Part shown: positions 48,331 through 61,675 of the stretch, in pieces
Layout: each line of letters opens with the position of its first letter
Numbering within the stretch: position 1 is the first letter of the stretch
Assembly: GCF_963921235.1 (NCBI RefSeq)
Contig: NC_086097.1
Span: 136,216,001-136,280,000, forward strand
DNA length: 64,000 bases
Direction of reading: 5' to 3'
DNA from: Mobula hypostoma
Lineage: Eukaryota
Position numbers and translations under genes: made by a program
Notes under the pieces: model-generated
Databases searched by the model: none
What the model saw: only the letters and a program-made list of their open reading frames with translations
What the model was told of the DNA's origin: nothing

Positions 48331-51300
48331 AACTTACCAACCACTGAAGTAAGACTCACTCATCTATAATTTTCTGGGCTATCTCTACTCCCTTTCTTGA
48401 ATAAAGGAAAAACATCCGCACCCCTCCAATCCCCCAGAACCTCTCCCATCCCTGTTGATGATGCAAAGATCATCACCAGAGGCTCAGTAGTCTCCTCCCT
48501 CGCCTCCCACAGTAGCCTGGGGTACATCCCATTTAGTCCCGCTGACTTATCCAACTTGATGCATTCCAGAAGTTCCAGCACATCCTCTTTCTTAATATCT
48601 ACGCGCTCAAGATTTTCAGTCAGCTGCAAGTCAGCACTGCAATCACTAAGATCCTTTTCCATAGTGAATACTGAAGTAAAGTATTCCTTAAGTACCTCTG
48701 CTATTTCCTCCAGTTGCATACACACTTTCCCACTGTCACACTTGATAGGTCCTATTCTTTCATGTCTTATCCTCTTGCTCTTCACATACTTGTTGAATGC
48801 CTTGGGGTTTTCCTTAATCCTGCCTGCCAAGGCCTTCTCATGGCCCCTTCTGGCTCTCCTAATTTCCTTTTTAAGCTCTTTCCTGTTAGCCTTATAATCT
48901 TCTAGATCTCTTACATTACCTAGCTCTCTTAACCTTTTTTAAGCTTTTCTTTTCTTCTTGACTAGATTTATTACAGCCTTTGTACACCACTGTTCCTGTA
49001 CCCTACCATAACTTCCCTGTGTCATTGGAACGTACCTGTGCAGAACTCCACACAAATATCCCCTGAACATTTGCCACATTTCTTCCATACTTTTCCCTGA
49101 GAACATCTGTTTCCAATTTAAGCTTCCAATTTCCTGCCTGATGGCCTCATAATTCCCCTTACTCCAATTAAACGCTTTTCTAACTTGTCTGTTCCTATCT
49201 CTCTCCAATGCTATTGTAAAAGAGAGAAAATTATGATCACTATCTCCAAAATGCTCTCCCACAGAGAGATCTGACACCGGACCAGGTTCATTTCCAAATA
49301 CCAAATCAAGTAGTCTCTCCTCTTGTAGGCTTATCTACATATTGTCTCAAGAAACCTTCCTGAACACACCTAACAAGCTCCACCCCATCTAAACCCCTTG
49401 CTCTAGGGAAATGCAATCAATATTTGGGAAATTAAAATCTCCCATCATGACAACTCTGTTATTATTACACCTTTCCAGGATCTGTTTCCCTATCTACTCC
49501 TCGATATCCCTGTTCCTATTGGGCGGCCTATAAAAAACACCCAATAAAGTTATTGACCCCTTCCTGTTCCTAACCTCCACCCACAGAGACTCCGTAGACA
49601 ATCTCTCCATGACGTCCACCTTTTCTGCAGCCATGACACTATCTCTGATTGGCAGGACACGCCCCCACGTCTTTTGCCTCCCTCCCTGTGCTTTCTGAAA
49701 CATCTAAAACCCGGCACTTGAAGTAACCATTCCTGTCCCTGAACCATCTAAGTCTCTGTAATGGCCACCACATCATAGCTCCAAGTACTGATCCACGCTC
49801 TAAGCTCATCTGCTTTGTTCACAATACTCCTTGCTTTAAAATAGACACATCTCAAACCGTCATTCTGAGCGCGTCCTTTCTCTATCACCTGCCTATCCTC
49901 CCTCTCGCACTGTCTCCAAGCTTTCTCTATTTGTGAGCCAACGGCCTCTTCCTCAGTCTCTTCAGTTCAGTACCCACTCTCCAACAATTCTAGTTCAAAC
50001 TCTCCCTGGTAGCCTTAGCAAACCTCCCTGCCAGGATATTGGTCCCCCTGGGATTCAAGTGCAACCCGTCCTTTTTGTACAGGTCACACCTGCCCCAAAA
50101 GAGGTTTCAATGATTCAGAAATCTGAATCCCTGCCCCCTGCTCCAATCCCTCAGTCACGCATTTATCCTCCACCTCACTCTATTCCTATACTCACTGTCA
50201 CGTGGCACAGGCAGTAATCCCGAGATGACTACCTTTGCGGTCCTGCTTCTCAACTTCCTTCCTATCTCCCTGTAGTCTGTTTACAGGGCCTCTCCCTTTT
50301 CCTACCTATGTCATTGGTACCAATATGTACCATGACCTCTGGCTGTTCTCCCTCCCACTGCAGGATATCGTGGACACGACCTGAAACATCCCAGACCCCG
50401 GCACCTGGGAGGCAAACTACCATCCGAGTTTCTTTTCTGCATCCACAGAATTGCCTGTCTGACCCCCTAACTATAGAGTCCCCTATCACTGCTGCTGTAT
50501 CCTGATGTAGGTGTTTGTGTTGTCTAGGTGGTCTAAAGTCGTGTGAAGAGCCATGGAGATTGCATCTGCTATTGAACTATTGTGACAATAGGCAAATTGC
50601 AATGGGTCCAGGTCCTTGCTGAGCCAGGAGTTCAGTCTAGTCATAGCCAACCTCTCAAAGCATTTCATCACTGTAGATGTGTGTGCTACCGGGTGATAGT
50701 CGTTAAGGCAGCCCACATTATTCTTCTTTGGCACTGGTATAATTGTTGTCTTTTTGAAGCAAGTGGGAACTTCTGCCTGTAGCAGTGAGAGGTTGAAAAT
50801 ATCCTTGAATACTCCCATTAGATGGTTGGCACAAGTTTTCAGAGCCTTACCAGTCACTCCATCAGGACATTCTGCCTTGCGAGGGTTCACTCTCTTTAAA
50901 GACAGTCTAACATTGGCCTCTGATACAGATCACAGGGTCATCAGGTGCAGCAGGGATCTTCACAGCTGTAGTTGTGTTCTCCTTTTCAAAGAGGGCATAG
51001 AAGGCGTTGAGTTCATCTGGTAGTGAAGCATCACTGCCATTCATGCTATTGGGTTTCGCTTTGTAGAAGTGATGTCTTGCAGTCCCTGCCAGAGTTGCCG
51101 TGAACCTGATATCGCCTCCAACCTCGTTCAGAATTGTCCCTTTGCCCTTGAAATAGCCCTCTGCAAAGCATACCTGGGTTTCTGATACAGGCCTGGGTTG
51201 CCAGACTTGAATACCACAGATCTAGCCTTCAGCAGATGATGTACCTCCTGGTTCATCCACGGCTGTTGGTTTGGGAATGTACAGTAAGTCTTTGTAGGCA

Positions 51301-54208
51301 CACATTCATCCACACAGGTTTTAATGAAGTTGGTAACAACTGCAGCATACTCATCTAGGTTCAAAGATGAATCCCTGAATACAGTCCAGTCCACCGATTG
51401 AAAGCAGTCCTGTAGGCGCTCCTGTACTTCCCTTGTCCAAACCCTCTTGGTCCTCACTACTGGTGCTGCAGTCTTCAGTCTCTGCCTGTACTCAGGAAGT
51501 AGAAGTACAGCCAGGTGACCAAACTTCCCGGAGTGAGGGCATTGAATATCACGGTAGGCATTCTTGATGGTGGTGTAACAATGGTCCAGTGTGTTGTTTC
51601 CTCTGCTATTGCAAGTTATCTGTTGATGGTAATTGTTTAGTAATTTTTTCAGACTGGCCTGGTTAAAATCTCCCAAAACGATGGTGAAGGCGTTAGGGTG
51701 CACTGTTTCATGCATGTTGATCCCACTGCTCAGGTCATCTAAAGCTTGATTGCCATTGGCCTGAGGTGGAATGTAATCTGCTACCAAAATGACCCCAGAG
51801 AACTCCCGTGGTAAGTATAAAGGACGGTACTTTACTGCTTGATATTCCAGGCCTGGTGAGTAGCATTGGGACAGCACTGATATACTTGTGCACCAAGAGT
51901 TGATCATGAGGCGTACTCCTCCACCTCTGCTTTTGAGAGACTCCATAGATCTATCCTGACAGTGTATAGTAAACCCGTCGATCTGAATCACTGCATTCGG
52001 TAGAGAAGGGTCTCACCAGGATTCAGTGAAACGAAGGACACATGCGGTCCTAATGTCCCTCTAATTCAGCACCCTGGCTCTAAGATCATCGATTTTATTC
52101 ACCAGAGACTGCATGCTCGCCAGCAAGATAGTCGGTAAGGGGAGTTTAAAACCCCAGTTGCTTAAATACACTTGTAATCCTGATCTTCGCCAATGCTTTC
52201 TCCGAGGTTTTCTCCATGCGCCATGTCATCCTCAGAGGAAGGTGAGGAGATCTTGCACCAGATCTCTGTAGATGCAATGAAGCCCACTTGAAAGGGATTG
52301 CTACCACATGAAAAGAGAGTTGGAAACTTCTAGTTGAGTGGGAACGCCTGTTGGGCAACACCACAGGGAGGGGAAGAATGTCAAACTTATTAATAAAGCA
52401 GCACAAGACGCTTACAGGTGAGAAGAAAAAAGAAAAGAAAGGGCAAAAGAAGTCAAAAATAGTTAATCCTGCAATACAGCTGTGCCAGATGCTGGTGAGG
52501 ATGCTCTCGCCAACAGGATGTGATTAAGGCAGAAAGGGTGCAGAAATGAATCACAGGAATGTTACCAGGACTGACAAGCTTGAGTTATAAGGAGAGAATG
52601 GATAGACCAGGACTCATTTCCTTGAAGCACTGGAGGCTGAGGGGTTTATAAACTCATGAAAAGCAGGGATAAAGTGGACAATCACAGTCCTTATCCTAAG
52701 CCAATCTAAAAATTAGAGCGCATAGGTTGGAACTGTGAGGGAAAAGATTTAAAGGAGATCTGAGAGGCAAGTTTCCACACATATCTGATTAGTGTATGGA
52801 ATGAGCTGCCGAGGGAGGTGGTAGAGGTGCATACGGTTATAACGCTTAAGGTCATTTGGAAGGTCCATGGATAGGAAAGGATTAGAGGGGTATTGGCCAA
52901 GTACAGGTAAATGGGACCATCTTGGACAGACAGCTTGGTTGCCATGGAGGATTTGGGCCAAATCCGGGCTGTAAAACTCAACGATTCTACTGACCTCAGT
53001 AAATCAGAGGATCTGTGGGAATCCTGCGCTGTGATAATTGGAGGCCACTTTTTTCTACAATATAACCATGGCAGCACTTTTGTTGGCTGGAGAACATTGA
53101 GTTATAGAGTTCAACAGCACAGAAAGAGGTCCTTCGACCTACTATGTCTGTGCCAACCATCAAGATCCCATCCATACTAATCCCTCTTGACATCACTTGG
53201 GCCTACAGGTTGAGATAGCCCTGGGTTCCTTCTCTTTGATCTTTCCTGCTCCACTTGTTCTATTGATAATTATTCAGTCTGTTCATAGGTTTACATTCTT
53301 TTCAGTTTGATTATTGACCTTTGCGCATCTGACCGTTCTGCAGATTGTCTTGCAAATTGTTGGCTGCTGTTGTGTTGACTGTCGTGGTGTTGTCCTGTGA
53401 TTTAAACCTGGCACCGAGCCATGATCAAATCTGGTATGTCTCACATAAAGTTATTGTGATTCTGATTCTCCTTTCTCCCGGGGTAGGGATCCTCTGCAGG
53501 GTAACTGATCCTGTTCTCTGACACAAGCCTGCTTTTCCATAGCGCTTTTCACACCCTCGGGATGGTCTAGACTGCCTCCAGGACAGCCAAGCTTTTTCAG
53601 AAGTGCGATGACCTCTCTAATGCTGTAAAAACAGGCGCTGGATGTGCTCAGCAGGATCCCGTAAAAAGACCACCCATTTTCAAGAAGGACTAGCCGCTAA
53701 GAGAACTGGGGTGAGCCCCTCTGCACATCCTCAAAATAACACCATGGGTCAGCTTGCACCCACTTCAAGTCTGACTGCTAGCAGTGAGAGTTCAATTTCA
53801 AGTTCAGGGCAACCGTTGTCAGAGGCACAGGGTATAAATGCCGTGAAAATAATTTTTTTGCAGCAGCACTGCAGTACATTACAAGAACAAGTTAAAATAA
53901 ACAAATTAACATAAATTATACATAATGCATATGTATGCAAATCAAACAACAAAATAAATGTGATGACAGTGCGAAGCAGAGAGAGAGAGAGAGAGAGTTG
54001 TCAGGTCAGAACAAGAAATTGATGGCAGTTTGGAAGAATCCATTGTTATACCTTGAGGTGCGAGTCTTCATGCTCCTGTACTTCCTGCCTGACAGCAGTA
54101 TCAAGAAGAGGGTAAGTCCCAAATGATGGATGTCGCCTTTCTGAGATATCACCTCGTGTAGACATCCTCAATGGTGAGAAGAGATGTACCCATGATGGAA
54201 CTGGCTGA

Positions 54209-55085
54209 AGGACGAGAAAATTCCACCATCTCCAACGGGATCCCACCACCAAGCACATCTTTCCCCCTCCCCCACTTTCCACTTTCCACAGAGATCGCTC
54301 TTCCCTACGTGACTCTCTTGCCCATTCGTCCCTCCCCACTGATCTCCCTCCTGGTACTTATCCTTGCAAGTGGAACAAGAGCCACAACTGCCCCTACACC
54401 TTCGCCCTCACTACCATTCAGGGACCTTCCAGGTGAGGTGACACTGCACCTGTGACTCTGTTGGAGGGTCATCTACTGTATCCGGTACTCCCGGCGAGGC
54501 CTCCTGTATATCAGGGAGACCCGGCACAGATTGGCAGACCGTTTGGCTGAGCGGCTACATTCCATCTGCCAGAAAAAAGGGGATCTCCCGGTGGCCACCC
54601 ATTTGAATTCTACATCCCTTTCTCATTCCGACATGTCAGTCCATGGCCTTCTGTACTGCCGCAATGAGGCCACCGCCAACCTGATGGCCTGAACGTTGTT
54701 TTTGCAAACTTCTGGTAATTGCCCCTCCCCCTGTACCATCCCATTCCCATCTCCCTCTCTCACCTCATCTCCTTATCTGTCCATCACCTCCCTCTGTGCT
54801 TCTCCCCCTTCCTCTACCCTCTCTTATCAAATTCTCCCTTCTCCAGCCCTTTACCTCTCACCTATCAGCTCTCCAGCCCTTTACACCATCCCTCCCCCCT
54901 CCCAGTTACACCTCTTACCCACCTCCTTGTACTTCTTCCTCACCTCCCCCTACCTTCTAATTCTAACTTCTTATCTTTTCTTCCAGTCCTGATGAAGGAT
55001 CTCGGCCCGAAATTTCGACTGTTTACTCTTTTCTATAAATACTGCCTGGCCTGCTGAGTTCCTCCAACGTTTTGTGTGTGCCGCT
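54209..55085 (+). mobile_element. Penelope-like element 3' part (GIY-YIG + pLTR + hammerhead) inserted in a Rex1 fragment
   Basis: gtcatctactgtatccggtactcccggcgaggcctcctgtatatcagggagacc (decayed VIYCIR..LLYIGET); TSD tggaactggctga (54196-54208) / tggaaatgtctga (55086-55098). Confidence 0.85.
54984..55021 (+). ncRNA. Minimal hammerhead motif (core intact, helices II/III mutated)
   Basis: cagtc CTGATGA aggatctcggccc GAAA t TTC gactg; 5-bp helix I. Confidence 0.6.
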
Positions 55086-56074
55086 TGGAAATGTCTGAGT
55101 CCACCATTTTCTGTAGCCTCTTGTGGTCCTGTACCTTGGAGTTTCGATTTTGAAACCAGACTAAGATACAACTAATGAGAGTGCTTTCCACAGTACACCT
55201 GCAGAAGTTTGTGGGTGTCTTTGATGACTTTTTGGATCAGCAGGCAGAGACCGAGGCATTGATCCAGACACAAGAACTCAAATCCCACTACAGCAGCTGG
55301 GGAATTTCAGATCAGTTCATGAAATAAAGCTAGTCCCAGCAATAAAAACCATCTAATGACTGGACCATCTGTTTCACTAATGTGGTCCAGAGGAGGAAAT
55401 CTGACTCCTTATCCATCTTGGCTTTAATGTGACTCCAGTAGCTGCCTTAAGAAGGCAGCATCTATGATCAAGAATCCTCATCATTCTGGGCCATGCCCTC
55501 TTTCCCCTGACACCATTGGGCAGGAAGTGTAGAAGCCTAAGGTTTCACACCACCAGGTTCAGGAGCAGTTACTTTCCTGCAACCATCAAGTTCTTGAACT
55601 GACTTTCAGGAGCCTAACCCAGCCTCAGCAATGGAACACTGTAATCTACCTCTCGTACTGATTATGTTTTTCTTTGCATTAATGTCTTGCAGTGTTTTTT
55701 TTTGCCACACTGCCCCAGCAGGCCCACAACCCCAATAAATCCTAACCTAATCAAAGGACAATTTACAATGGTCGATTAATCTTTCCCCGTTTCTCTTTGG
55801 ACTGTGAGAGGAAAGCAAAGCACCCCCGGAAAACCCATGTATACCATGGGAGGACATACAGGGACTCCTGACAGAATTGAACTCCAAACTCTGGAACGTC
55901 CCGCACTGTAATAGCGTCACGCTAACCGCTACAGTACCATGGTGCCCAATATCTATATTCAGTGTGTTGTCTGTACATGCATACAGGTGATACCACCGTA
56001 AGCAAGTTTTTCGTTGTACCTGTACCTCTCCATACTGGTGCATCTGAACATAAACTTGACTTGACCCACAACTT

Positions 56075-56895
56075 CGGGGCGAAGCTAAGGTGGTGCTAAA
56101 CGGCAACTCCTTTGCTTGTATCTTTGGAAACAGCTCTATTTCCATCTTTAGTATCTCTATTTTTCCCTTTCAGGGTTGTTTTGAAGACCCTAACCTGGAG
56201 TTACAGGCTGACTTCGCTTCTTTGCAGGAATGGGACCTGCTCTCGGGGTTCTATAACTGGCCGTTGCTCAGCACGCCAAGGGTTCGGCCTGAGTGTCCAG
56301 CTCCAATTTGGAAGCCTAAGATCTTGGGGCTCGGGAGACGGGTGGATAGAGGGTTGGTGTCATGGCAGGAGACCCATGTGTCATCGGGGGAGTCAGGATA
56401 TCTGCTGTGGGCCCGAAGACCCGAGATCTTTGCGATCTTTGGTCACAGAGCTCGGAAAAAGTGACATAATGGAATTTTAACATCATAAACCAATGAGTTG
56501 TTTGTTATGTCTCCTCGCTCACTGGTGAAAAATGGAGACACCTTTTTCTCCCTCATTAGGGAGAGAGAGAACCTGCGGTATGTCGAATGCGAGTCTTTGG
56601 GGTAACTGCAAGTCTGTGTCTTTGCTATTGATTTGCTCACGCTGAGTGCTGGGTGGTGGGACCGATGCTTGCTTTTATCTTCCGGTGGGGGGAGGGGGAT
56701 TGTTGCTCACTGCCACTTACGCGCGGGAGGGAGTGGAGCTGGCGGGGGGGGGTACGTTGGGGTTCTTACATTCATCTGTCATTCATTCTCTGGGGCACTT
56801 CTCTGTTTTCGTGGATGCTCATGAAGAAAAAGCATTTCAGGATGCATATTGTATACATTTCTCTGACATTAAATTGGGCCTTTGTACCTTTGAAC
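56075..56895 (+). mobile_element. Unclassified non-coding repeat-like element
   Basis: CpG-retaining, with a LINE-like 3' end (gtatacatttctctgacattaaa..cctttgtacctttga); no coding signature. Confidence 0.4.
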
Positions 56896-58780
56896 TCAGT
56901 TCAGGACCGATGAGGGATATACAATAAATGTCAGCATTACCAGCAACACTGACGTCCTGTGAATGAATAAATAAAGGCTCGATTGGCAGAGTCTGGCCCT
57001 CGGTATAATGTTACAGACTCATCCAGCACAGAAACTGGCCCTTTGCCCACTGAGTCTGAGCCAACTATCACTGAGAATATAAACTGTGCTATTGACTAAC
57101 AGAGTCACAGAAGGAAACGGGCCCTTTGTCCCACTGAATCCACATTGACAATCAAACACCCAGTTACACCATTCCTATGCTAATTCCATTTTATTCTTCC
57201 CATGTTCCCATAAACTCTCCCAGATTCTACTAATCACCTTCATATTAGGGGCAATTTACTGCGGCCAATTAAAATAAACTCAGCCAGCTCCATCATGGGC
57301 ACTCGACTCCCCACCATCGAGGACACCTTCAATAGGTGATACCTCAAGAAGGCAACATTATTAAGGAACCTCACCATCCAGGACATGCCCTCTTCTCATT
57401 GCTACCACCAGGGAGGAGGCACAGGAGCCTGAAGACCCACACTCAACATTGTAAGAACAGCTTCTTCCCCTCTGCCAACAGATTTCCGAATGGACCATGA
57501 ACCCATGAAGTCTACCTCTGTTTTTGCTCTCCTTCTGCACTACTTATTCATTTATATATATATTTCTTATTGTAACATAGTCATTATTTTTTATATTGTC
57601 CTGTACTCCTGCCACAAAACAACAAAATTCATGACATTTGTGAGTGATAATAAGTCAGATTCTGATTCTAACCTCCCGACCAGCACATCTTTGGGAATTG
57701 GGTAATGAGCAGGCCAGGAGTGAGGCTCATTGAGGTAGGGGTCAACTTCTATATATGGACTTATTCTACGGGCCCTCAGTGTTAGCTGGGAATCTTGCAT
57801 ACTGCTGACAATGAACAGAAATGATTTACCACGTAATACCCTGTCTGTACTTGTTACTAGACTCCCCAAAGAACGTCTGTGGCTGGTTCCTTCATTGTTA
57901 CTTTAATGAGCTTAAAGTAGCATTTTCACTAACACTCCTGAGCGCCAAATTGTGAGTGATCAAGCAACCACACACAGAGTGTGTATCATGAATTTTCATG
58001 CAATGAGTTTTAATTAGTCATGAACCAAGGCAAGGTGGCTGATCAGACCAATGCTCAGGAGAAGCCCAAGAGCTGGTGGAGGGCGTTTGTTTAACTTCTG
58101 AGATTCTTACAGCATGGACATTGGAAAGAAGCAGGCAGAAGTGAATCCCCATGGTACAGGGACAGTGGGGGAAATAAGGGCCCTGAGGGTATAGAAGAAA
58201 AATATAAATCCCTTGTGTCCACACCTCCCACGCCCTCAAAAAAGGAGCCAGCATAATCAAAGACTCCTCACACACCGGTCATTCTCTCTTCACCTCCCCC
58301 TCCTTCCACCAGGCAGAAGATACAAAACAGCTTCTACCCACTGATAACATGGTAATGTAGCGGTTAGCGCATCGCTTTACAGCAGTTACAAATTCAGTCC
58401 AACTCTTGCCACTGACCATAAGGAGTTTGTGTGTCCTCCCTGTGACCACATGGGCTTTCTCTGGGTGCTCCGGTTTCCTCCCACAGTCCAAAGGCACGCG
58501 TTTAGGATTCATGCTATGCTGAAGCCAGAAGTGTGGTGACTCTTGCGGGCTGCACAGCACTATCCTCACTTACTAGATTTGATGCACATAATGAACTTCA
58601 ATGTATATTTCAATGTTTCGATGTATATGTGACTCTTAAACAGACCTCCTATATGATAATGATGAACTCTTGACCTCATGATCTACCCGGCATTGCCCTG
58701 GCACCTTATTGTCCGCCCGCACTGCCCTTTGTAACTGTAACACTATATTCTGAGTTCCATTATTGACTTTTCATTTATGC

Positions 58781-59267
58781 GTTTGTCCATCGTCGATGTC
58801 GATGAGCACCTTGACACCATTTGATGGTGTCGAGACTAACGCTTGATTTGGATTTAAGTGAGGGAGAGTTGCGCAGTGTCAGCGTCACTCTCTCTTCCCA
58901 ATTCCCATCTGGATCCAGCAGCAAGACAAGAGTCGAGACGGCTGGAGATGGGACTAGGCGCAGTGGATGACCAGGATGTCTTCTGTGCCTTGTCCTGCTC
59001 TACGCGTTCCACAACGCTTGCAGAGACCGCCTTCTTGACCATTGGACTTTCCATTGGTCTTGTCCACTCAATCCGCCGGAGTCTGTCTTCACATGCTGGG
59101 ATAGGCAACTCCCTATCTCACCGAGGGTTTGAGACCCGTCGGCTACCCTCACCTGGTCTAGCCAGCTTGTCGAAGCCGTTGCCTGGGGTGTGGCCGCTGT
59201 CGCATGGAAACAGGTGAAAGCTGAGTACTAGGTGGACTAACCACCCTGAAAAGGACACAACATTATA
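58781..59267 (-). mobile_element. Second non-autonomous, possibly RTE-derived element
   Basis: TSD ttttcatttat at 58768-58778 and 59268-59278; CpG-rich with hairpins (gacaccatttgatggtgtc; ggataggcaactccctatct); interrupts a Rex1-type 3' UTR. Confidence 0.55.
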
Positions 59268-59379
59268 TTTTCATTTATACTGATGTATGGAATGATTTGT
59301 CTGGATTGCACTAAATTATTCATTGTATCTTTATAAGTGACAATGACAAACCAATTGTCCATGACCACAGAAAAATTAC

Positions 59380-61267
59380 ACACAAAAAATGCTGGTAAGC
59401 GCAGCAGGCCAGGCAGCATCTATAGGATGTACGGTACAGTCGACGTTTCAGGCCGGGACCCTTCGTCAGGACTAACTGAAAGAAGAGGTGATAAGAGATT
59501 TGAAAGGGGGAGATCCAAAATGATAGGAGAAGACAGGAGGGGAGGGGTGGATCTAAGAGCTGGAAAGTTAATTGGCAAAAGGGATACCAGAGTGGAGAAG
59601 GGAGAGGATCATGGGACAGGAATCCTGGGGGGAGAGAGAAGCGGGGAGGGGAGCCCAGAGGGTGGAGAGCAGGCAAGGAGTTATAGTGAGAGGGATAGAG
59701 GGAGAAAAAAGAGAGAGAGAAAAAAAAGGGGGGAGAAATATATTAAATAAATAAATAAGGGATGGGGTGTGACGGAGAGGAGGGTCATTAACGGAAGTTA
59801 GAGAAGTCAATATTCATGCCATCAGGTTGGAGGCTACCCAGACGGAATATAAGGTGTTGTTCCTCCAACCTGAGTGTGGTTTCATCTTTACAGTAGAGGA
59901 GGCCGTGGATAGACATGTCAGAATGGGAATGGGATGTGGAATTAAAATGTGTGGCCACCAGGAGATCTTGCTTTCTCTGGCGGACAGAGCGTAGGTGTTC
60001 AGCAAAACGTTCAGTGTAGGTGTTCAGTGTTATATCTACTATAGGCCCACGGACTCTCACAGCTACCTGGACTATTCCTCTTCCCACCCTTCCTTTCTTA
60101 AAGAAAGAAGCTTCCCTTCCTCCACCATCAACTCTGCTCTCAAACGAAATCTCTCCCATTTCACGCACATCTGCTCTCACCCCATCCTCCTGCCACCCCT
60201 TGTCCTCACCTACCACCCCACCAACCTCCGGGTCCAACACATAATTCTCTGTAACTTCCGCCACCTCCAACAGGATCCCACCACCAAGCACATCTTTCCC
60301 TCCCCCATCTCTCTGCTTTCCGCAGGGATTGCTCTCTACGTGACTCCCTTGTCCATTCGTCTCCACCATCCCTTCCCACCAATCTCCCTCCCAGCACTTA
60401 TCCTTGTAAGCGGAACAAGTGCTACACATGCCCTTACACTTCCTCCCTCACTACCATTCAGGGCCCCAGACAGTCCTTCCAGGTGAGGCGACACTTCACC
60501 TGTGAGTCAGCTGGGGTGATATATTGTGTCCGGTTCTCCCGATGTGGCCTTTTATATATTGGTGAGACCCGACGCAGGCTGGGAGACCGTTTCGCTGAAC
60601 ACCTATGCTCTGTCCGCCAGAGAAAGTAAGGTCTCCCAGTGCCACACATTTTAATTCCACGTCCCATTCCCATTCTGATATGTCTATCCACGGCCTCCTC
60701 TACTGTCAAGATGAAGCCACACTCAGGTTGGAGGAACAACACCTTATATTCCGTCTGGGTAGCCTCCGACCTGATGGCATGAATATTGGCTTCTCTAACT
60801 TCCATTAATGCCCCTCCTCCCCTTCACACCCCATCCCGTATTTATTTATTTAATATATCTTTTCCCTCTCTTTTTTCTCCCTCTGTCCCTCTCACTATAC
60901 CCCTTGCCTGCTCTCCACCCTCTGGGTTCCCCTCCCCCCTTCTCTCTCTCTCTGCAGGCTTCCCGTTCCATGATCCTCTCCCTTCTCCAGTCTGGTATCC
61001 CTTTTGCCAATTAACTTTCCAGCTCTTAGATTCACCCCTCCCCTCCTGTCTTCTGTCCTATCATTTTGGATCTCCCCCTCCCCCTCCCCCTCCTACTTTC
61101 AAATCTCTTACTATCTCTTCTTTCAGTTAGTCCTGACGAAGAGTCCTGGACCAAAACATCGATTGTACCTCTTCCTATAGATGCTGCCTGGCCTGCTGCA
61201 TTCCACCAGCATTTTTTTGTGGGTGTTGCTTGAGTTTCCAGTATCTGCAAATTTCCTTGTGTCTGTG
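59380..61267. mobile_element. Penelope-like element with inverted partial duplication (single insertion)
   Basis: Perfect TSD acagaaaaattac at 59367-59379 and 61268-61280; plus arm 60020-61267 (YYRPTDSHSYLDYSSSHP RT end; GVIYCVRFSRCGLLYIGETRRRLGDRFAEHL GIY-YIG; pLTR); minus arm 59380-60008 duplicates about 60588-61225. Confidence 0.93.
59438..59473 (-). ncRNA. Minimal type-I hammerhead ribozyme motif (intact core)
   Basis: Minus strand: agtc CTGACGA agggtcccggcct GAAA C GTC gact; partner copy at 61129-61164 (+) has GAAA changed to AAAA. Confidence 0.8.
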
Positions 61268-61675
61268 ACAGAAAAATTACCATGGGTTTCAGAGCCTGAA
61301 CTAGGTGATGATATCTCGAGAGCTGTAGGTGAAGACTGCCTATAAGCTTAACACCCCCCTACCCTCAGTTGTCTCAACAATCTCCCAGTCAGATCTACCC
61401 CCAACATCAAAACCAGAAGAGATGTGCTTCTGGTGTGATATCACCATAAGAAATGGCATAATAAAACAGAAACTCAACCAGACAGGTAGGTGGGTACCGG
61501 TAACTCTTAAATCAGAATGGGATACGTTCCAACCTTCCAGCCTCACAGCTGAATTCCACAGCTTCAGGTGATCTTCCCTTTGCCTCCCTGCATCTGAAAT
61601 GGCTGTTTCTGCCACTCGTTCATTTGTGATAAGCCCAGTTTTCCCTCTCCATCGATACAATCTGATCTGCTGCAT

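Larger units (their letters stand above)
46074..50490 (-). mobile_element. Long CR1 LINE with ORF1 SGNH/GDSL esterase, APE and RT remnants
   Basis: 50262-50489 IGDSIVRG..CLPGA..VHIGTNDIG (CR1 ORF1 esterase); 49494-49703, 48939-49304 APE (GVFYRPP, GDSDHN); 48360-48830, 46752-47135 RT; (atagaaac)n tail at 46073-46096. Confidence 0.93.
45034..52185 (-). mobile_element. Near full-length Rex1/Babar LINE (APE + RT) split by a CR1 insertion
   Basis: APE ORF 51128-51991 (GGGV, YIPPQAN, LGDFNQ, TLDHCY); RT 50486-50890 and 45568-46059 ([21 protein letters not shown]); C-terminus 45290-45622; (GATTCT)n tail at 45034-45057. Confidence 0.92.

Noticed and set aside
48397..48897. Long ORFs antisense to CR1 (also 17103-17564, 31908-32348)
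   Set aside because: Shadow frames of LINE coding sequence.
50262..50489. SGNH/GDSL esterase as a host or captured gene
   Set aside because: It is the normal ORF1 esterase domain of CR1, collinear with the CR1 ORF2.
61389..61485. Possible exon (ctcccag|...cag|gtaggt) encoding SDLPPTSKPEEMCFWCDITIRNGIIKQKLNQT
   Set aside because: Splice-like ends but no recognisable protein similarity and no partner exons; cannot be supported without RNA-seq.
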